Part shown: positions 18,120-28,272 of the stretch, piece by piece
Layout of the letters: the number at the start of each line of letters is the position of its first letter
Numbering within the stretch: position 1 is the stretch's first letter
Assembly: GCA_002730655.1 (NCBI GenBank)
Contig: PCAT01000070.1
Location: forward strand, 1-32,826
Direction: 5' to 3'
From: Balneola sp.
GTDB taxonomy: Bacteria; Bacteroidota; Rhodothermia; Balneolales; Balneolaceae
DNA: 32,826 bases
Translations under genes and position numbers: made by a program
Notes under the pieces: generated by a model
What the model was told of the DNA's origin: nothing
Seen by the model: only the letters and a program-made list of their open reading frames with translations
Databases searched by the model: none

Positions 18120-20774
18120 CCATTCGTGTGGATCATTTAGAATCTCTGCAAATAGGATAGTATCTCTATTTTTAGATACCTGAGCCTCAAATTCTATTGC
18201 TCCATCGAGTTCCTTTTTCAATAATTCAGTGGCTAAATTATTGACTAGATGCTGCTGAATCATTCTTTTTAAGGGTCGCGCACCAAATACTGGATCAAAT
18301 GCTCGCTCAGCCAGCCAGTTTTTGACTTCCTCAGGGATCTGGAGTACAACCTGTTGCTTAGCTAATGTCTGATACAATCTACGAAGTTGAATATCTACAA
18401 TAGAGCGAATATGACGAGCTTCTAGTGGGTGAAATATAATGATGTCATCTACCCTATTTAGAAACTCAGGACGGATACTTTTTTTCAATAAATCAATCAA
18501 CTGCTCTTGCATTCTGGTATACTGTGATTGATCCAATGGCCCTATGTTTTGCTCCATCTCTTCCATTATTAGAGAGGAACCAAGGTTTGATGTCATTATG
18601 ATAATTGTATTGGTAAAATCGACCGTTTTACCTTTACTATCGGTCAGACGTCCCTCATCGAGTACTTGTAGTAAAATATTAAAGACATCAGAATGTGCTT
18701 TTTCCACCTCATCCAACAACAAGACCGAATAGGGTCTGCGGCGAACCGACTCAGTAAGCTGCCCGCCCTCATCATATCCAACATATCCCGGAGGAGCTCC
18801 AACTAGACGACTTACTGAGTGTTTTTCCATGTATTCACTCATATCTATACGAATCATAGCCTGAACATCATTAAACAAAAACTCGGCTAACGTGCGAGCC
18901 AATTCTGTTTTTCCAACGCCAGTTGAACCCAAAAAGAAAAAAGAACCTATGGGACGATTCTCATCCTGTAAGCCTGCCCTAGATCGTCGAACGGCATTAG
19001 CGACGGCTTCAATAGCATTGTCTTGCCCAATTACACGCTTATGCAACTCTTCTTCAAGCATCAACAGTTTATCCCTGTCAGACTGCACCATTTTACTGAC
19101 GGGTATGCCGGTCCAGCGCGCTACGATATCGGCTATATCTTCAGCAACCACCTCCTCTTTTAACAGGGTTGTTCCTTCTTGTAATCGCTGCGCATGCTCA
19201 TGAGCAAGTTGCAACTCTTTTTCAAGCTGTACTAAGGTACCATAGCGAAGCTCGGCTACTCGTTCATACTCCCCTGTTCTCTCAGCCTTGTCAGCCTGAT
19301 TACGCGTGGTTTCAATTGCTTGTTTTAGAGCTCTTACTTGTTGAATTACCGACCGCTCTTGATCCCATTGAGTGCGCATACTTGTTCGCTTATCGATTAA
19401 ATCTGAAAGTTCTTTTTCGAGTTGATTAAGTTTAGCAGACTCTTTCTCTATTTGTTTTTTTGATGTGGAATCTTGTTCACGCTTTAGGGCCTCTCGTTCA
19501 ATTTCAAGTTGCCGAATTTGTCGCTCCAGTGCATCTAACTCTTCTGGCAGGGAATCTATTTGTAAGCGTAAACGAGAAGCAGCCTCATCAATCAAATCGA
19601 TCGCCTTATCTGGTAAAAATCGGTCTGCTATGTATCGATGAGATAATTCGGCGGCGGTCACAATGGAAGCATCTGTTATTCGAACCCCATGATGGAGTTC
19701 ATAGCGCTCTTGCAAACCTCTTAAAATCGAAACAGTATCCTCCACACTTGGCTCACCCACCACTACAGTTTGCAAACGCCGTTCTAATGCCTTGTCTTTC
19801 TCAATGTATTTACGGTACTCATCCAAAGTGGTCGCACCAATGGCATGCATTTCTCCTCTAGCCAAAGCTGGTTTTAAAATATTAGCCGCATCCATGGCTC
19901 CATCGGTGGCACCCGCTCCGACAAGTGTATGTATTTCATCAATAAAAAGAATAATATCTCCATCTGAGTCCGTTACTTCCTTAACCACCGCTTTTAAACG
20001 TTCTTCAAACTCACCCCTGAACTTAGTTCCAGCAATTAATGCCCCCATATCTAAAGCCAAAATTCGCTTTTGCTTGAGGCCTTCAGGAACGTCACCATGC
20101 ACGATCCGTAAAGCCATTCCCTCAGCAATAGCTGTTTTACCCACTCCGGGTTCTCCAATCAATACCGGATTATTTTTGGTTCTTCTGGACAAGATTTGCA
20201 TTACCCTTCGGATTTCGGCATCTCTTCCAATGACTGGGTCTAACTTGTTTTTTTCTGCCCACTCATTTAAATCTCTAGCATATTTTTTTAACGCCGCAAA
20301 ACGGCTCTCAGCGTTCGGATCATCAACTTTTTGCCCGCCGCGTGTTTCTTTAAGTACTTGCTGAATAGCTTCCTTCTTAAGCCCTAACCCCTGCCAATCC
20401 TTCGCCCATATTTCCCCTACCTTGGATATGGCCATAAGCACATGCTCGGTACTTATATATTCATCGCCCATATCGCGGGACTCTGCCTTTGCCTGATCTA
20501 ACATACTCTTTGCAGTTGGCCCTAAATAAGGCCCCGATACCGACGCGCCTGATACCTTCGGTCGCGTTGTAAGCTCTTTCTCTACAATGGCTCTAAGCTG
20601 GTCTTTTTGAACCCCTAATTTTAATAGAATGGAATGGATAGTATCTTGTTCCCCATCCATTAAGGCCTTTGCAATATGAACTGCCTCTACAGCTTGATGA
20701 CCTACATCTTGAGCTAGGTCTAAAGATGATTGTATTGCTTGCTGCGCTTTTAATGTAAAACTATTCAAATTCAT
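18102..20774 (-). CDS. clpB: ATP-dependent chaperone/disaggregase ClpB
   Basis: It has a Clp N domain and two AAA+ modules (GEPGVGKTA ... ILFIDEIH; GSTGVGKTE ... [10 protein letters not shown]). A long coiled-coil M-domain lies between them, which distinguishes ClpB from ClpA/ClpC. Length is 890 aa. Confidence 0.97.
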   Translation of the reverse strand: MNLNSFTLKAQQAIQSSLDLAQDVGHQAVEAVHIAKALMDGEQDTIHSILLKLGVQKDQLRAIVEKELTTRPKVSGASVSGPYLGPTAKSMLDQAKAESRDMGDEYISTEHVLMAISKVGEIWAKDWQGLGLKKEAIQQVLKETRGGQKVDDPNAESRFAALKKYARDLNEWAEKNKLDPVIGRDAEIRRVMQILSRRTKNNPVLIGEPGVGKTAIAEGMALRIVHGDVPEGLKQKRILALDMGALIAGTKFRGEFEERLKAVVKEVTDSDGDIILFIDEIHTLVGAGATDGAMDAANILKPALARGEMHAIGATTLDEYRKYIEKDKALERRLQTVVVGEPSVEDTVSILRGLQERYELHHGVRITDASIVTAAELSHRYIADRFLPDKAIDLIDEAASRLRLQIDSLPEELDALERQIRQLEIEREALKREQDSTSKKQIEKESAKLNQLEKELSDLIDKRTSMRTQWDQERSVIQQVRALKQAIETTRNQADKAERTGEYERVAELRYGTLVQLEKELQLAHEHAQRLQEGTTLLKEEVVAEDIADIVARWTGIPVSKMVQSDRDKLLMLEEELHKRVIGQDNAIEAVANAVRRSRAGLQDENRPIGSFFFLGSTGVGKTELARTLAEFLFNDVQAMIRIDMSEYMEKHSVSRLVGAPPGYVGYDEGGQLTESVRRRPYSVLLLDEVEKAHSDVFNILLQVLDEGRLTDSKGKTVDFTNTIIIMTSNLGSSLIMEEMEQNIGPLDQSQYTRMQEQLIDLLKKSIRPEFLNRVDDIIIFHPLEARHIRSIVDIQLRRLYQTLAKQQVVLQIPEEVKNWLAERAFDPVFGARPLKRMIQQHLVNNLATELLKKELDGAIEFEAQVSKNRDTILFAEILNDPHEWAKEEL

Positions 20775-20790
20775 GGTCTCTCCGTCATTA

Positions 20791-20838
20791 AATTAAAAAA
20801 GCGAGGTATTGAACATTTTTCAACGACAACCCTCGCTT
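20791..20838 (-). promoter_or_regulatory. Nested inverted repeat in the clpB leader/promoter region (8-bp outer arms, 5-bp inner arms), followed on the clpB strand by a T-run
   Basis: The outer arms are AAGCGAGG (20799-20806) and CCTCGCTT (20831-20838). The inner arms are TTGAA (20809-20813) and TTCAA (20819-20823). On the minus strand the hairpin is followed by TTTTAATTT, then GGAGAG (Shine-Dalgarno-like) and the ATG at 20774. Confidence 0.4.
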
Positions 20839-20879
20839 ACAAAATACCAAAACCGTGCCACTCCTAGCGCTTTTTATGG

Positions 20880-20904
20880 AAAACCTGCCTTATTTGCAGG
20901 TTTT
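20880..20904 (-). terminator. Candidate intrinsic terminator after htrA (A-tract/U-tract flanked, potentially bidirectional)
   Basis: The hairpin is AAAACCTGC-CTTATTT-GCAGGTTTT, 16 nt downstream of the htrA stop. The GC core is only 5 bp, and the U-run on the minus strand is partly inside the stem. Confidence 0.55.
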
Positions 20905-20919
20905 ATTTTTCAAGGTATA

Positions 20920-22449
20920 CTACATCCTAAATGCTATGAATTGTTTTAGGTTATCCCGTTCAATTGTGAGTAATATTGCCTTATCACCAGCTTCAAGACT
21001 TCGGTTTACTTCTGAGAAAAATTCATCCACATTATTTGTAGATTTTCGCTTAACCGCTGAGATAATATCTCCATTTCTTAAGCCCCTTTGATAGGCATCA
21101 CTTGATTCTTTAATACCTTGAACCAGTACGCCTTCAACCTCGTCACTTAATCGAAGCTCAGATCGCAAGGTCTCCGTCAAAGTGCGTACATTAAACCCTA
21201 AATCTTCAACCATATCTCTGGTAGTCGTAGTGTTCGAAGCAAGGGCCTGCTCACCTGGACGCTCTCCAATGGTAATGGTTAATTCAACTGGTTTACCATC
21301 TCTAATCACTTGAACGTTAATTTTCTCGCCGGGTTTTAGACTCGCAATGTCTGTTCTAAATGAATCCCAACTTTGAACAGCTTCCCCATTGAGCCCCACA
21401 ATAATATCTTCTTCTTTTAGTCCTCCTTTCTCAGCTGGCCCTTTGGTCTCAACTCGGCCCACAATGACACCTTTTGAAACCTCTAAATCCAAGGCATCTG
21501 CCATTGTAGGATCTAGTTCTCCCGCAGTATACATCCCTAAGTACCCCCTGCTTACAGAACCATCCTCAATGAGGTCGTCCATAATACGTTTAGCTAATTT
21601 AACAGGAATGGCAAAACCAATCCCATCATTTCCACCCGAGCGTGAGGCAATAGCGGAATTTATTCCCACCAAGGTACCGTTCAAATCTACTAGAGCTCCA
21701 CCTGAATTACCAGGATTGATCGCCGCGTCAGTTTGAATATAATCCCCATATACGGTTAGATTTAAGGAACGCCCACGAGCACTTACGATACCAAATGAAA
21801 CCGTATGAGCTAGATCTTCGCTAAGAGGACTACCAATAGCTAACACGAAGGAGCCTACCTTAGCTTCATCACTATTACCCAAAGGTAGAGCAGGAGCGGC
21901 CCCTTCCTTAATTTGTAAAACAGCAATATCAGTCATGGGATCCTTTCCAATTAATGTAGCTTCTAGCTCTTGTCCATCATATAATCGAACCATTATTTGA
22001 TCAGTATTCTCAATTACATGATTATTGGTTAAGATATAACCATCATCGGAGACTACTACTCCTGAACCCAAGCCCCTTTGCACATACTCACGTGTATTTT
22101 CTCGACTATTTGGATTGCCAAAAAACATTGAAAATGGATCCATAACGCGAACTTCACGTGTTCTTTCAGTGGTAATGGTTACTACCGATGGGTTCGAATT
22201 TTCTGCAATCTCTACAATGGCATCGTTGAAATCATTAAGCCGCATTACAGGTTTATTAAGGATTTCAGAACTAGGCAGTGTATCGTATCGATTCACCATA
22301 GATTCTAATGAATCCATTACTTCTGGTATGTGAATGTTACTTGAGGCAGTTCCAGTGTTAGCTCCCCGATCAGCTGCGAGAAAATATAGTGCAATTGGTA
22401 TGAATAAGTAGATAAGTAAAGCAAAAGTGGTTGTTGATGTACGCTTCAT
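20920..22449 (-). CDS. htrA: Periplasmic serine endoprotease of the HtrA/DegP/DegQ (Do) family, with a protease domain and two PDZ domains
   Basis: It has an N-terminal membrane anchor/signal and the catalytic triad contexts TNNHVI (His), DIAVLQI (Asp) and GNSGGAL (Ser). Two PDZ-like segments follow (GYLGMY..., GVLVQGI...). Length is 509 aa. Confidence 0.92.
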   Translation of the reverse strand: MKRTSTTTFALLIYLFIPIALYFLAADRGANTGTASSNIHIPEVMDSLESMVNRYDTLPSSEILNKPVMRLNDFNDAIVEIAENSNPSVVTITTERTREVRVMDPFSMFFGNPNSRENTREYVQRGLGSGVVVSDDGYILTNNHVIENTDQIMVRLYDGQELEATLIGKDPMTDIAVLQIKEGAAPALPLGNSDEAKVGSFVLAIGSPLSEDLAHTVSFGIVSARGRSLNLTVYGDYIQTDAAINPGNSGGALVDLNGTLVGINSAIASRSGGNDGIGFAIPVKLAKRIMDDLIEDGSVSRGYLGMYTAGELDPTMADALDLEVSKGVIVGRVETKGPAEKGGLKEEDIIVGLNGEAVQSWDSFRTDIASLKPGEKINVQVIRDGKPVELTITIGERPGEQALASNTTTTRDMVEDLGFNVRTLTETLRSELRLSDEVEGVLVQGIKESSDAYQRGLRNGDIISAVKRKSTNNVDEFFSEVNRSLEAGDKAILLTIERDNLKQFIAFRM

Positions 22450-22499
22450 AAGCTTTATAAAATGTATTTTTTACTGGTTTTTTAAATTTGTTCTCTTAA

Positions 22500-22559
22500 C
22501 GAACCAAGGGCGTCCCGTCGTATGTACTTATTGTAATACAAAGTGGCCGCCCAAGTTCG
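22500..22559 (-). promoter_or_regulatory. Imperfect GC-rich inverted repeat in the hsp20-htrA spacer (possible hsp20 terminator or htrA leader structure)
   Basis: The arms are CGAAC-caa-GGGCG (22500-22512) and CGCCC-aa-GTTCG (22548-22559), giving two 5-bp helices around a small internal loop. It is the only GC-rich patch in an otherwise AT-rich 150-nt spacer. No clear U-tract follows it. Confidence 0.3.
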
Positions 22560-22599
22560 AATCATCTAAACTCCAATTATAATAAAAATTGGATCTTTA

Positions 22600-23055
22600 T
22601 TATTGGATTACTATCTGCTTTTTTACCGCTTTTTCGTCTTTGTTAATGGTCAATCGAAGTATACCATCCTGATATTGGGCAGTAATATTTTCCTTATCTA
22701 ACCCTTGAGGGAGGTGAAAACTTCGATGAAAGGAACCATAAAATTGTTCCATTCTGTGCACATTAGTTTCCTTTGTTTCTTCCGCTACTTTACGCTCCCC
22801 AGAAACATAAAGTACATCTTGTTCTAGCTCTATCTGTAGGTCTTCTTTGCGCACACCAGGTAACTCTAACAAAAATTCAAATTCCTGCTCATTTTCACGG
22901 ATATCAACCTTAGGGGTTAAATTATTCATAGTTCGAGCATTTATTGGCTCAAAAAATTCGTCCATTAGCTCGTTAAAGCTCTTTGAAAGATGTCGGTAAT
23001 TAGGTCTGGTATATCGTACTAGTGCCATAATTGATACCTCAATAATGTTTATCAT
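22600..23055 (-). CDS. Small heat-shock protein, Hsp20/alpha-crystallin family
   Basis: The alpha-crystallin domain runs DIRENEQEFEFLLELPGVRKEDLQIELEQDVLYVSGER ... FHRSFHLPQGLDKENITAQYQDGILRLTINK. The real start is probably the second ATG at 23028 (MALVRY...), which has GAGGT ~9 nt upstream; that would give 142 aa. Confidence 0.9.
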   Translation of the reverse strand: MINIIEVSIMALVRYTRPNYRHLSKSFNELMDEFFEPINARTMNNLTPKVDIRENEQEFEFLLELPGVRKEDLQIELEQDVLYVSGERKVAEETKETNVHRMEQFYGSFHRSFHLPQGLDKENITAQYQDGILRLTINKDEKAVKKQIVIQ

Positions 23056-23249
23056 TTAACGTTTAGTTTGTTCAGATATACACAAATGGTATGCCATTAG
23101 GCAAGCCCCACATCTAATACTGACAGCACGCTGGTGTATTTTATGTTAAGCATGACGAGATATCAGCACAATTTAATAGATTGTCAGTAGATTAAGTAAA
23201 AGAGGCAGATGCCATCTGAAAGTACGTCATCTAACAAGAAAAACTGTCA

Positions 23250-24605
23250 CTATCCGTAGCTTTTCTTCCATTCCTTAGATATGAGGAAAGCTAATTCTAA
23301 GGATTGCTCATAATTAAGGCGTGGATCACAAAAAGTTTCGTAATTCACATCTAGTCCATTTTCATCCAACCCTTTAGCGCCTCCAACACATTCCGTTACG
23401 TCATCTCCAGTCAATTCCAAATGAACACTACCTAAATAACTACCTTCAGCTCTGTGAATAGCAAATGAATGTTTTAACTCTTCCATTATGTGATCAAAAT
23501 TGCGTGTTTTGTAATCATTAGCCGAAGAAAACGTATTCCCATGCATTGGATCAGAACTCCAAACAACAGGAAAACCCTCTCTATGAACCGCCTGTATGAG
23601 ACCAGGAAGTTCTTTTTGAACTTGATTTTTTCCAAAACGTGAGATGAGTACAATTTTCCCAGCATCATGTGTAGGATTTAATTTCTCAATTAATTTTAGA
23701 ATCTCATCGATGGTATAGGGTGGGCCTATTTTTATACCAATAGGATTCTCAATGCCACGTAAATATTCAACATGCGCTTCATTTAAATCACGAGTCCTAT
23801 TACCTAACCATACCATATGCGCACTTAAATTAAAGTAACCTTCCTTCCGTGGAACCTTTCTGGTCTGAGCCGAATCATAAAATAAATTAAGTGCCTCATG
23901 AGAGGTATAAAAATCTACCTTTTGAGATTGTTGTAATCTTCGCTCGGAAACCGCATCCATAAATTTTACTGCCTGTGTGATGGATTTCACCATAGATTCA
24001 TATTCTTGGTGGTAAGGATTATTCTGCATAAAATCTAACTCCCACTGCTCAGGATAATGCAAATCCGCAAAGCCCTCATCACCTAGTGCTCGAATAAAAT
24101 TCAGCGTCAGTCCCGCCTTATGATACCCTTCTAATATACGTTTCGGGTCTGGTACGCGCTTTGCCTGATTTTTTTCAAAGCCATTGATTAAATCTCCACG
24201 ATAATTGTGCATTTCAACTCCATCAATGATTTCAAAAGCAGAGGAACGAGGCTTTGCATATTGACCAGCCATCCTACCAACCCTGACAACAGGTACTCCC
24301 ATTTCATGTATCATGATGAAACTGGTTTGGAGAAGAACTTTAACCAAATTTACAATCTTTGAGGATTGGGTCAGATCAAAACTCTCTGCACAGTCGCCCG
24401 CATGAAATAAAAAAGCTTTTCCAGCGCTCACCACTGCAAGTTTTTCCTTCAGAGATTCAATTTCCCATGAGGTAACCAAAGGTGGTAAGGATTGTAGCTC
24501 ATTGTAGGAACATTCAAGTTCTTCTTTATTTGGATAATCTGGAAGTTGCTGGATAGGAAACTCTCTCCAACTTGAGGGACTCCATGTAGCAGTATGTACA
24601 GACAT
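23250..24605 (-). CDS. 3-deoxy-7-phosphoheptulonate (DAHP) synthase, class II (plant-like)
   Basis: The 451-aa length, GRMAGQYAKPRSS, LWLGNRTR and SSDPMHGNT are motifs recalled from class II DAHP synthases. Confidence 0.88.
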   Translation of the reverse strand: MSVHTATWSPSSWREFPIQQLPDYPNKEELECSYNELQSLPPLVTSWEIESLKEKLAVVSAGKAFLFHAGDCAESFDLTQSSKIVNLVKVLLQTSFIMIHEMGVPVVRVGRMAGQYAKPRSSAFEIIDGVEMHNYRGDLINGFEKNQAKRVPDPKRILEGYHKAGLTLNFIRALGDEGFADLHYPEQWELDFMQNNPYHQEYESMVKSITQAVKFMDAVSERRLQQSQKVDFYTSHEALNLFYDSAQTRKVPRKEGYFNLSAHMVWLGNRTRDLNEAHVEYLRGIENPIGIKIGPPYTIDEILKLIEKLNPTHDAGKIVLISRFGKNQVQKELPGLIQAVHREGFPVVWSSDPMHGNTFSSANDYKTRNFDHIMEELKHSFAIHRAEGSYLGSVHLELTGDDVTECVGGAKGLDENGLDVNYETFCDPRLNYEQSLELAFLISKEWKKSYG

Positions 24606-24772
24606 AAAAAGTTATATTTGCAATTTCAATAAGATTAAGAAAGAAACTAACTTACAGTATTTTTGGGAAAGCTACGTAAAAAAGCTGTGCAAATAGCAGA
24701 AATTTCTCTAATTGTTTGGTAATTTAATCAGTTGTTTAAATTAACAGGCTAAACTCTACTTAAGGAAGTTCT

Positions 24773-27616
24773 ATGCAAGAGTCTATTGTCATACGCGGAG
24801 CTCGCGAACACAATCTCAAAAACCTCGATATAACCATCCCAAGAGACGCACTCGTTGTAGTCACAGGCTTGTCTGGCTCCGGTAAATCTTCATTAGCTTT
24901 TGATACAATATATGCCGAAGGTCAACGCCGTTTTTTAGAATCATTGTCTGCTTATGCACGTCAATTCCTAGGTATGATGGAACGGCCTGCGGTTGATTTT
25001 ATCGATGGCTTATCCCCTGTTATCTCCATCGATCAAAAAACGACCAATCGAAATCCTCGTTCCACAGTAGGTACAGTTACTGAAATATATGACTTTATGC
25101 GACTTCTCTATGCTCGGGTCGCTATTCCATATTCCTACATAACAGGAGTAAAAATGGAGAAACAAACAACTGATCAAGTTGTTTCTTCAATTCTAGGACT
25201 TGAAGATGGCACCAAAGCTTACTGCTTAGCGCCTGTAATTAGGGGTCGTAAGGGACATTATCGTGAGCTTTTCGAACAAATGATTAAACAAGGTTATTTA
25301 CAAGCCCGTGTGGATGGGGATATTGTTGAGTTGGAAACTGGGCTTATGCTTGACCGCTACAAAACACATACTATAGAAATAGTTATAGACAGGTTTGTAG
25401 TTAGCTCGAAGAGTGAAAAACGGATTACAGATAGTGTTAGAACAGCTCTTGAAATGGCTGATGGCACAGTAGTGCTCGCTCTTAAATATAAAGAGGGATG
25501 GGAAGACCGACTTTTTTCACAAAAGTTATTCGATCCTGAAAGTGGGATTGCATACGAGGAACCAGCGCCTAATCTATTTTCTTTTAATTCTCCTTTCGGA
25601 GCGTGTTCTACCTGCGATGGATTAGGACACGCATATGATGTTAGTTGGGAACTTCTGGTACCAAATCCACAACAAAGTGTTGAGGATGGAGGTATTCGCT
25701 TTCTTGGAAAACCAAGAGATATTTTTGCATTTAAGCAGCTTGAAGCCGTTCTAAATCATTATGGAGTGGATTTCTACCTTCCCATTACTGACTACCCTAG
25801 TGAACTCATTGATACGATAATGAAGGGTAGTGGTACTCAAAAATACGCGATTACCTATGAATTTCGCTCTGATAAGGTCACTTATCAACATAGCTTCAGA
25901 GGATTACGGGATACCATTATTGAACAATACGAAAAATCCAAGTCCCAAAAACAACGTGAAAAGGCGAAATCTTTTATGTCCAAAGTTAGTTGTCCTAAAT
26001 GTCGTGGTGGGCGTCTTAATAGAGAAGCATTGTCGTATAAATTAGGTAAATATGGTATACAAGACTTAGTAGAAATGGACATCCAAGAACTCAGAGATAC
26101 TCTATATAATATAAACTTGAGTGAACGGCAGCAAGAAATAGGGCAACAAATACTCAAGGAAATTAGAGATCGACTCGATTTTTTGCTAAATGTAGGTCTA
26201 AACTATCTGAGTCTTAATCGGGAAGCACAAACGCTGAGTGGAGGTGAGGCTCAACGAATCAGACTGGCTACTCAAATCGGAACCCAGCTAGTTGGAGTTC
26301 TCTACATACTCGATGAACCAAGTATTGGACTTCATCAACGAGACAATAAGAAGCTTATTCAATCCCTTGAGACTCTTCGAGATTTAGGGAATAGTGTCAT
26401 TGTAGTTGAACATGACCGGGATACCATTGAGAGGGCTGATTACGTAATAGATATGGGCCCGGGAGCAGGAGCGTATGGCGGGTATATTGTAACACAAGGC
26501 AAACCAGATGAATTGGAACCAGAATCCATGACTGCACGTTTTTTACGAGATGAAGAACAAGTAGCTGTACCTAAGAACCCTAGGAAAGGTAACTCAAAAA
26601 AAATCTGTATTACTAACGCTCGAGGACATAATCTCAAGTCGGTTGACCTTCAAGTTCCTTTGGGTAGGTTTATCACAGTGACAGGGGTAAGTGGCTCTGG
26701 AAAAAGCTCCCTTATCAACCAAACATTAGTTCCAATACTGTCCAATCATTTTTATAAATCTAAGGCAGTTCCATTGCCTTATGATGAAGTAGATGGCCTT
26801 GAAAATATTGACAAAATTATCTCAATAGATCAAAGCCCGATAGGTAGGACACCACGCTCTAATCCAGGAACCTACACCAAGGTCTTTGATCATGTCAGAA
26901 GACTTTTTGCGGAATTACCAGAATCCAAGATACGTGGCTATGATCAGGGTCGATTTTCATTCAATGTAAAAGGTGGACGCTGCGAAACTTGTAAAGGTGA
27001 CGGTATACGTAAAATCGAGATGAACTTTCTCCCTGATGTTTACGTATCCTGCGAAACCTGCCAAGGAAGACGTTATAATCGAGAAACGCTGGAAATATAC
27101 TTCCGCGAAAAAAATATTTCAGAAATCTTAGAAATGCCTATAATGGAGGGAGTTGAATTTTTTAGCTCACAACCTGCTATCTCGAGAATACTTAAAACAC
27201 TAGCATCAGTTGGATTAGGATATCTTACTCTAGGACAATCTAGCACCACTCTATCCGGCGGTGAAGCTCAGCGGATAAAACTTGCCCGCGAACTTTCAAA
27301 AATAGGTACTGGTAATACGCTATATGTTATGGATGAACCAACAACAGGCTTACACTTTCAAGATGTTCGCCTCTTAGTAAATGTAATACAACAATTAGTG
27401 GTTAAGGGAAATACCGTAATGGTAATCGAGCACAATTTAGATGTGATTAAAGCCGCGGACTGGGTTATTGATTTGGGTCCAGAGGGTGGTAAGGCGGGCG
27501 GGCAAATTGTTGCAGAAGGAAGCCCTAAAACAATTTCTGGAGTTCCAAATTCGTATACGGGGATGTTTTTAAAGCAAGAATTTGAACGACTATCTTCCAT
27601 TGTAGGAAAGCTCTAA
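24773..27616 (+). CDS. uvrA: Excinuclease ABC subunit A
   Basis: [22 protein letters not shown] at the N-terminus, a second Walker A ([10 protein letters not shown]), two LSGGE signatures and zinc-finger Cys clusters (CSTCDGLG; CPKCRG; CETCKGDG ... CETCQG). Length is 947 aa. Confidence 0.98.
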   Translation: MQESIVIRGAREHNLKNLDITIPRDALVVVTGLSGSGKSSLAFDTIYAEGQRRFLESLSAYARQFLGMMERPAVDFIDGLSPVISIDQKTTNRNPRSTVGTVTEIYDFMRLLYARVAIPYSYITGVKMEKQTTDQVVSSILGLEDGTKAYCLAPVIRGRKGHYRELFEQMIKQGYLQARVDGDIVELETGLMLDRYKTHTIEIVIDRFVVSSKSEKRITDSVRTALEMADGTVVLALKYKEGWEDRLFSQKLFDPESGIAYEEPAPNLFSFNSPFGACSTCDGLGHAYDVSWELLVPNPQQSVEDGGIRFLGKPRDIFAFKQLEAVLNHYGVDFYLPITDYPSELIDTIMKGSGTQKYAITYEFRSDKVTYQHSFRGLRDTIIEQYEKSKSQKQREKAKSFMSKVSCPKCRGGRLNREALSYKLGKYGIQDLVEMDIQELRDTLYNINLSERQQEIGQQILKEIRDRLDFLLNVGLNYLSLNREAQTLSGGEAQRIRLATQIGTQLVGVLYILDEPSIGLHQRDNKKLIQSLETLRDLGNSVIVVEHDRDTIERADYVIDMGPGAGAYGGYIVTQGKPDELEPESMTARFLRDEEQVAVPKNPRKGNSKKICITNARGHNLKSVDLQVPLGRFITVTGVSGSGKSSLINQTLVPILSNHFYKSKAVPLPYDEVDGLENIDKIISIDQSPIGRTPRSNPGTYTKVFDHVRRLFAELPESKIRGYDQGRFSFNVKGGRCETCKGDGIRKIEMNFLPDVYVSCETCQGRRYNRETLEIYFREKNISEILEMPIMEGVEFFSSQPAISRILKTLASVGLGYLTLGQSSTTLSGGEAQRIKLARELSKIGTGNTLYVMDEPTTGLHFQDVRLLVNVIQQLVVKGNTVMVIEHNLDVIKAADWVIDLGPEGGKAGGQIVAEGSPKTISGVPNSYTGMFLKQEFERLSSIVGKL

Positions 27617-27640
27617 GCTTACTATCTTAAGCTTCCACTT

Positions 27641-28195
27641 ATGAATTTTTTTCGTACACATATTCTTAAAATAGTTAGTCTAAGCTTACTACTTGTCTCT
27701 TTCGTTTCACAGAGTATACCTATGCTCGAAAATGAACACCAAAATCAACGGTTTAACCAATGGCTCAACAAACACTTTGATCACTCTTTAGCAGCGAACC
27801 AATACCCTGAGCTTCAGGATCCAGAATATCTTAAGTCAATTCGTTTGCACCTCGAAAAACTTTGGAAAGAGAGCAATAATATAGAGCAATGGACATATGC
27901 AGTCAAAGCCTATTTAAAACAAAAAAATCTGGATAAAATACTTCTTATACAGTGGAATGTACTGGATCATATGGACCAGCATCAACACATGACTTCAATA
28001 CTGGAACCACGAGGATGTACCCTCAAAAATCATATTCAAAGCAAATTTGCTAAACTTACGACTCCTAATTATTTAGTTGAACCCACTACCTGCGAAACCC
28101 AAATAATCTCGCACTTTACGCTTTACAACCCAAGCTATACTGCATCCATACAGAAGCATCCTATGATTAACGGTATAGCCATTGGTGCACCCTAG
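27641..28195 (+). CDS. Hypothetical exported protein (184 aa, His/Gln-rich, two Cys), family not recognised
   Basis: It has an N-terminal signal-like hydrophobic segment (ILKIVSLSLLLVSFVSQS). The ORF is intact, starting 24 nt after uvrA and ending 77 nt before secD. I recognise no motifs. Confidence 0.55.
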   Translation: MNFFRTHILKIVSLSLLLVSFVSQSIPMLENEHQNQRFNQWLNKHFDHSLAANQYPELQDPEYLKSIRLHLEKLWKESNNIEQWTYAVKAYLKQKNLDKILLIQWNVLDHMDQHQHMTSILEPRGCTLKNHIQSKFAKLTTPNYLVEPTTCETQIISHFTLYNPSYTASIQKHPMINGIAIGAP

Positions 28196-28272
28196 CTCAC
28201 ACTATATCTATTTTTTTAGGTTCACAATAATCAAACCTAACCATCACTTTATACCAACTAAAAAAAAATATT

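Noticed and set aside
18544-20364. Antisense ORFs inside clpB (18544..18732, 18892..19203, 19169..19429, 19460..19861, 19792..20364)
   Set aside because: They are shadow frames of a highly conserved AAA+ gene, with no motifs and low-complexity composition. Other nested ORFs in the track have the same explanation: 1145..1387, 4280..4471, 7226..7462, 9796..10020, 12935..13120, 13331..13570, 14271..14462, 16098..16295, 20855..21091, 21389..21736, 22115..22333, 23486..23668, 25830..26157, 26440..26637, 27358..27600, 28689..28973, 30282..30536, 30693..30941, 31064..31327 and 32283..32513.
22555-22563. T-loop-like GTTCGAATC string suggesting a second tRNA
   Set aside because: The flanks do not form a T stem (CCAAG vs CATCT), and no acceptor, D or anticodon arms can be drawn on either strand. 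It is part of the inverted repeat reported separately.
23206-23218. Small hairpin CAGAT-GCC-ATCTG after the DAHP synthase stop as a terminator
   Set aside because: It has only a 5-bp stem with a 3-nt loop, and a weak interrupted T-run (CCTCTTTT) follows on the minus strand. That is too marginal to annotate.
20775-23249. Known heat-shock control elements (CIRCE, HAIR, CtsR boxes, ROSE/fourU thermometers, sigma-32 -35/-10) upstream of clpB, htrA and hsp20
   Set aside because: I found no match to CIRCE, HAIR or CtsR consensus sequences. The CTTG...TTTGT-like strings in the three spacers have inconsistent spacing (about 9 to 15 nt), so I cannot call a shared promoter.
24685-24699. SOS/LexA-box-like CTGTGCAAATAGCAG upstream of uvrA
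   Set aside because: The spacing and right half do not fit CTGT-N8-ACAG. It reads CTGT-N8-CAGA, i.e. CTG-N9-CAG, one nt short. There is no reason to expect an E. coli-type LexA box in this lineage.
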